Shown here: positions 59,908-64,000 of the stretch, piece after piece | Numbering within the stretch: position 1 is the first letter of the stretch | Layout: every line of letters starts with the position of its first letter | NCBI GenBank assembly: GCA_030603365.1 | Contig: JAUVXV010000004.1 | Location: 280,976-344,975 of the forward strand | Source of the DNA: Candidatus Heimdallarchaeota archaeon | GTDB lineage: Archaea > Asgardarchaeota > Heimdallarchaeia > Heimdallarchaeales > Heimdallarchaeaceae | DNA length: 64,000 bases | Reading direction: 5' to 3' | Translations under genes and position numbers: made by a program | Notes under the pieces: generated by a model | The model's database searches: none | What the model was told of the DNA's origin: nothing | What the model saw: only the letters and a program-made list of their open reading frames with translations

Positions 59908-61836
59908 CTACACGTGCGATGAGGGGAAGGAATCAGAAGGAAGGAGAGTACCTGGAAGGGAAGCAATATTTTGGGCAGCATTATCATGAGTGTTGACCTG
60001 TTGACCACACTTCTTGCAGGAAGCAACATCATACTGACCAGGACCACGAGCGAGGACACCTCCACACCCAGAATGAAGGGTACTAGTATGATAGGGGAGA
60101 ACAGTTTCTAACTGGACATCATACCCTAATTCCAGAGAAGCTAACCAGACAGCCTTCTTGTAAATGAGCAAACTATCGGGCATGGTGTAAATAGCTTTAG
60201 CTAAGGCGCCTTTAGTACCAGTAGGATCTGTTGTTAAGCGTTCAATCTTCAGTACTTGGCACTGTTTTTTCACCAGTACTGCAGCTAGAAAGTGAGGGAG
60301 AAGACGAGTAATCTCTCGAAGAATCCTGCTACGACGAGTATAGACTCTATTGAGCTCCCCTTTGAGTTTGCAACACCCATGAGCATCATATGCTTTTCTC
60401 TTACGAAGTAAGCCTTGAGTAAGTTCAGGGAGAACTGTATCTGTGAGGTGGGTATAGTGGTCTACTAAGTGGAGCAAATCCTGAGGGAGAGGTACAGAGG
60501 TGTTGAATGCCACCATATACTCCCCTAACCGATTAATATCTACTCCAAGAATCAAACTCTTGTTTCTAGGTATTCTGGGCAGATAGCTGTGGAGAAGAGT
60601 AGAGGAATGGAAACAACCATGTGTTCCTTCTAGTACTACATCCACTCGAGGTTTGTAACTAGGAGCTTGTCCACTACTTACTTGGAAGAGTTTGATGCGA
60701 GCACCATTGTGTAGATACTCTCCTACTTTCTTTGGAACATGAACTTGAGCAGTCACTCTTTTCTTACCTTGCTTTGGAAAACCTAGCTCGGTCCATCCTT
60801 GGTTCTTTACTTGGTCAGTCAATTCTTGTGCATTCCCTTGACGGGTGATAACATAGTTTTTTTTCATGAGTAATTTTATTGGTAATCTTCCTTGCTTTTT
60901 TCGTTTAAATGGTGGGGGAACAACTTTTTCTGGGGAGAGACCTTTGACTAACTGAGGGACACTCTGCATGTAATGATCAAAGAGTGTGAAAACTAGTAAC
61001 TGTCTAACAGCTGAAAAGAGTTTTCGTGAAGGCTTTCCTATCAATTTTGCTAGTTGTTCTGAGAGATTCTTGAGACTTTTCCACCGAGAAGGGTGAGAGC
61101 TGTTGATCCACGAAGTAAGGTAAGGGACAACAGTAGTTTGTTCTTTCTTTAAGAGCTTGAGCTTCTTTAGAAATGTCTGTTGATTCTTTGTAAGGTTAGG
61201 GATAAGAGAAAATTCGTTAGTATAGTAAAATATTGTGTCGTCTAGAGCTTGGAGGACCTCATGTTGTGTAGTAGAAGGGAGAGCGGCATTAAATTGTAAG
61301 AAACCTGTGAAATAGGTGGTCTTGTACTTTTTTCTCCAATAAGAGTCTGCTTGCCATCTCGTATGTGTAAGAAGATTGATGATATATCTTCGTTTTAGTT
61401 TCCAATAGTTTTCTAGACTTCGTTCGGTATAAGGCGAGCGACCAAATATCATCCATTCTAGCAGTTGTTGAGGGTTCTTCAAGAGAAAGTTGAACAACCC
61501 TTGCACTTTCTGCTCTTTGTCGATTTTTCCCTTGACAGCTATATACAACCAATGAAACGCACTTTCAGCTATATTTGGACTTTGTCCCACCTTCTTGCAA
61601 AGTTGGCGGACGAAGAACCCTTCTTTAGGGTTTGTTCTATAAAGATCCACTGCTTGTTGGATCACTTTGGGGGTGAGTAGCAGTTCTTGCTGTTCTTCTA
61701 GCGTTCTTATTCTCTCATTGATTTCTTCTCGTTGGGGTTGGTCTACACACTTAAATACCACTTGATAACTCCTCATCACCGTTCTTGAACTAAGAAGAGG
61801 GGGGACTTGTGGTTTACTTGATGTTTGTGTGCCCAA
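59908..61836 (-). CDS. tnpB: Large TnpB RNA-guided RuvC nuclease (642 aa)
   Basis: RuvC-I ILGVDIN, RuvC-II KIERL, TSTLHSGCG...CKKCG Zn finger, RuvC-III HDNAAQNI. Confidence 0.85.
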   Translation of the reverse strand: MGTQTSSKPQVPPLLSSRTVMRSYQVVFKCVDQPQREEINERIRTLEEQQELLLTPKVIQQAVDLYRTNPKEGFFVRQLCKKVGQSPNIAESAFHWLYIAVKGKIDKEQKVQGLFNFLLKNPQQLLEWMIFGRSPYTERSLENYWKLKRRYIINLLTHTRWQADSYWRKKYKTTYFTGFLQFNAALPSTTQHEVLQALDDTIFYYTNEFSLIPNLTKNQQTFLKKLKLLKKEQTTVVPYLTSWINSSHPSRWKSLKNLSEQLAKLIGKPSRKLFSAVRQLLVFTLFDHYMQSVPQLVKGLSPEKVVPPPFKRKKQGRLPIKLLMKKNYVITRQGNAQELTDQVKNQGWTELGFPKQGKKRVTAQVHVPKKVGEYLHNGARIKLFQVSSGQAPSYKPRVDVVLEGTHGCFHSSTLLHSYLPRIPRNKSLILGVDINRLGEYMVAFNTSVPLPQDLLHLVDHYTHLTDTVLPELTQGLLRKRKAYDAHGCCKLKGELNRVYTRRSRILREITRLLPHFLAAVLVKKQCQVLKIERLTTDPTGTKGALAKAIYTMPDSLLIYKKAVWLASLELGYDVQLETVLPYHTSTLHSGCGGVLARGPGQYDVASCKKCGQQVNTHDNAAQNIASLPGTLLPSDSFPSSHV

Positions 61837-61865
61837 TGTATCTCAGTATATAATCCGCAAAATGC

Positions 61866-61873
61866 TATTTAAA
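61866..61873 (-). promoter_or_regulatory. Putative archaeal TATA box for tnpB
   Basis: TTTAAATA on the minus strand, ~30 nt upstream of the tnpB TTG, in the tnpA-tnpB gap. Confidence 0.35.
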
Positions 61874-61884
61874 CGCGTAGAAAA

Positions 61885-62478
61885 TCACCCGGAAGGAGGA
61901 GGCTTTTTCCCTCTCCGTTGTCGATGGAGCCTTTCCGCAAACGAGGTGACGAGAGCAATCATATCTTCTACCAATTTTCTTTCATCTGAATTATGCTCTG
62001 TTTGGTGGATCGAAACAATTTCCGTTTCAAATGTTTGGCAATAGTGACGTATCACTTTTGTTCCAAATCTTGCTAATCTATCTTCATACGTACACAGGAT
62101 GGCAAAGGGATGACTAGAAGCTACTTCTTTCAAGAGTAGGTGTAAACCTTTTCGCTGTTCATTCATCCCTGAAGCAATGTCTGAAAAAATGTTCTTAAGT
62201 ACCCACCCTTGCTGGTGAGCAAAGGTTCTCAGTTGTTCTTGTTGTCTTAGTAGTTCGTTCTTTTGTTTGGTTGCACTCACCCGAGCATACCCTATCACCA
62301 TCTTCGCAGGTTGTTGTCTTCCTTGTTCCTTCTTTCCCACTAGGTGAGCTAGTGTATACCTTCTGTGTCCTCCCAATGTTCTCCTCGCCGTTTCTACCTT
62401 CTGTTCCTTTTCCCATCTCCTCAAGGTGCTAGTCGAGACTCCTTTCAGTTTTGCAGCAATTCCAATTCTTACCAACAT
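61885..62478 (-). CDS. tnpA: IS607 serine recombinase TnpA (MerR-like HTH + resolvase)
   Basis: GVSTSTLRRWE, GGHRRY, YARVS, DIASG, EDRLARFG, LVEDMIALVTSF. Confidence 0.95.
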   Translation of the reverse strand: MLVRIGIAAKLKGVSTSTLRRWEKEQKVETARRTLGGHRRYTLAHLVGKKEQGRQQPAKMVIGYARVSATKQKNELLRQQEQLRTFAHQQGWVLKNIFSDIASGMNEQRKGLHLLLKEVASSHPFAILCTYEDRLARFGTKVIRHYCQTFETEIVSIHQTEHNSDERKLVEDMIALVTSFAERLHRQRRGKKPPPSG

Positions 62479-62564
62479 GTTTTTCTTCCTATCTTTTCTC
62501 TGATAAGTTTTTCTTGTCTGCTCTATCCTCTTCTGGCAAGATTGGGTAACTTTTCATCCCTCAG

Positions 62565-63073
62565 TGGACGACGGTTGGGGTAATGTGACATATAACTTAT
62601 TTCAAAATAATACCTACTATGCTATAATAGTTGATAATGGTGATTATCTAAACATACATCATAATAGGTTCATTGATAATAATCTAAGTAAGCTTTTTGG
62701 AGATTCTCAAGCAGTTGATAGAGAATCAGACAATAACTTGTGGTATGACCCCATTTCAAAGGAGGGGAATCATTGGAGCGATCATCAATCAGGAAAACCA
62801 TATAAGATAGGTGAGGGAAGTGCAGTTGATAGGTATCCGCTTGATTCAAATATGGTTAGAATACCTAGAAATTGGACAGAGTTAATTATTGGAATTGTTT
62901 TAGGAACATCATTGGTGGCGGTGCTTGCTTGGATGGCTTACCCTAAAATTGAAGCAAGAAGACAAATAGCTAAGAAAAGGCAGCAACGAAGAAAAAGAGC
63001 TGCCATTCAACTAGATTATGATAAAATGGTTGATGAAGAAATTCAAAAAGCAAGAGAAAAAATATTACTTTGA
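62565..63073 (+). pseudogene. C-terminal part of the interrupted beta-helix membrane-anchored protein
   Basis: IHHNRFIDNN...SQAVD...GNHWSD...DRYPL, then a TM helix and basic tail; same frame as the N-terminal part. Confidence 0.8.
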
Positions 63074-63091
63074 AAAGTAGAAAATTGAAAA

Positions 63092-63221
63092 TGGTGAGCC
63101 TGGCCGGATTTGAACCGGCGACCGACAGATTGCTCCACGAGAAATACTCGTATAAGAGTCTGCTGCTTTAGGCGTTTGCTGATACCTCAGTTCAAACTCT
63201 ACCTAACTGAGCCACAGGCCC
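63092..63221 (-). tRNA. tRNA-Lys(CUU) with two introns (31 nt in the D-arm at 22/23; 22 nt canonical at 37/38)
   Basis: Exons 63221-63199, 63167-63153 and 63130-63092 give a 77-nt cloverleaf with CCA; both junctions form bulge-helix-bulge motifs. Confidence 0.92.
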
Positions 63222-63289
63222 ACCTTTTATTGTTCTCAGCTGTTCTTACCTAATAATTCTTTCATATAAAACTTTCTTTTATAACCTAA

Positions 63290-64000
63290 GATTTTAAGTT
63301 GAGTTTAAAAGAGTTAAAGCTTGATTAATTCTTGAAGATATCGTTTGATTAATTGTATCATATCTATATTTACTTTTTCGTAAGTTTCACATTACCTCAA
63401 GAATTATACTTTTCTTCTTTTCATTTTGAGGATGTCTTGCAATTCCATTTGTTAAAATATCTTCAAGGTGAACGAATTTGTTATTTTTAGAGTCATACCA
63501 AAGAAAAGAATTAATATTGAAAATAAATCGTTCATTATTGTAGATCAGTTCTTCAAATGCAATGTATTCTTTTGAAATATCTCTTAATTTTCTACTTAGA
63601 AATCTAATTCATTCATTAGTAGATTGTGTATGGCTTATAGGAAGAATCATATAAAACTTCGAGAAAAACTTGTTCTCAGAATCTTGGTTAGTTTAAGTTG
63701 GCTAGTTTTTAGATAGATTATTTACAAAATGAAGAATAATCTGAGTAACTATCTTTTTTTTTGCAAAATAGTGGAGCTAGCTCAATTCTTTAATCTTTTC
63801 ATTGAGAGATGATCGAAATGAAGAACATCACTAGCTCCTGACGATTCTACCAAGTACTTATATTAAAATTTTATTTCAAATATTGAGCCACTCAAAGTAT
63901 TTGTTTTCAAATTTTCTCAAACTTGGCAATATATATTCTGGTTCTTTTTATAGCTATTTCTCACTGTATACTTGGCTACTTCTAGTAGCACAATAATTGA
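63290..64000 (-). pseudogene. Possible decayed gene remnant
   Basis: Protein-like stretches (NERFIFNINSFLWYDSKNNKFVHLEDILTNGIARHPQ) broken by many stops; no ORF of 60 aa or more. Confidence 0.3.

Larger units (their letters stand above)
59841..62564 (-). mobile_element. IS607-family element (~2.72 kb): serine recombinase TnpA plus large TnpB
   Basis: Higher GC than the flanks; CAG at both junctions; subterminal inverted CTTGCCAGA (59869-77 / 62532-40); removal restores the host ORF. Exact ends are inferred. Confidence 0.88.

Noticed and set aside
59908-61836. Type V CRISPR (Cas12) effector
   Set aside because: No CRISPR array or cas1/cas2 anywhere in the window; the gene sits beside an IS607 TnpA.
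59841-62564. IStron (group I intron fused to the IS)
   Set aside because: Only ~85 bp lie between tnpA and the left end, and the element is antisense to the host gene.
571-62583. Numerous short antisense or overlapping ORFs in the track (e.g. 707-910, 3963-4223, 32561-32938, 47392-47721, 49066-49383)
   Set aside because: They are shadows of well-supported genes and have no recognisable motifs.

Overview
AT-rich (about 31% GC by eye) archaeal chromosomal window, most likely from an Asgard archaeon (Heimdallarchaeia-like). The lineage call is inferred from archaeal housekeeping genes (Pelota, Hjc, exosome-type DnaG, aEF1-beta, eL40, ArcS/RaSEA, GPN GTPase, translin) together with roadblock, longin, V4R, TPR-longin and C2-like proteins. 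It holds the soluble module of a group 4 [NiFe]-hydrogenase with HypC, HypD and HycI, facing the tail of a probable antiporter-like membrane subunit. RNA genes are an SRP RNA and three tRNAs, one of them a tRNA-Lys(CUU) with two BHB introns. A 2.7-kb higher-GC IS607-family element with an unusually large (642 aa) RuvC TnpB and a foldable omega-RNA-like end interrupts a beta-helix surface-protein gene. Less-explained signals: an unannotated ~225-nt structured RNA between tyrS and tRNA-Val, a hairpin-rich leader upstream of dnaG, an RS-rich disordered insert in DnaG, genes that seem to need ATA/ATT starts (including a tandem-roadblock gene opposite a degenerate histidine kinase), and three single-base frameshifts. 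All calls come from reading the sequence; no database searches were run.
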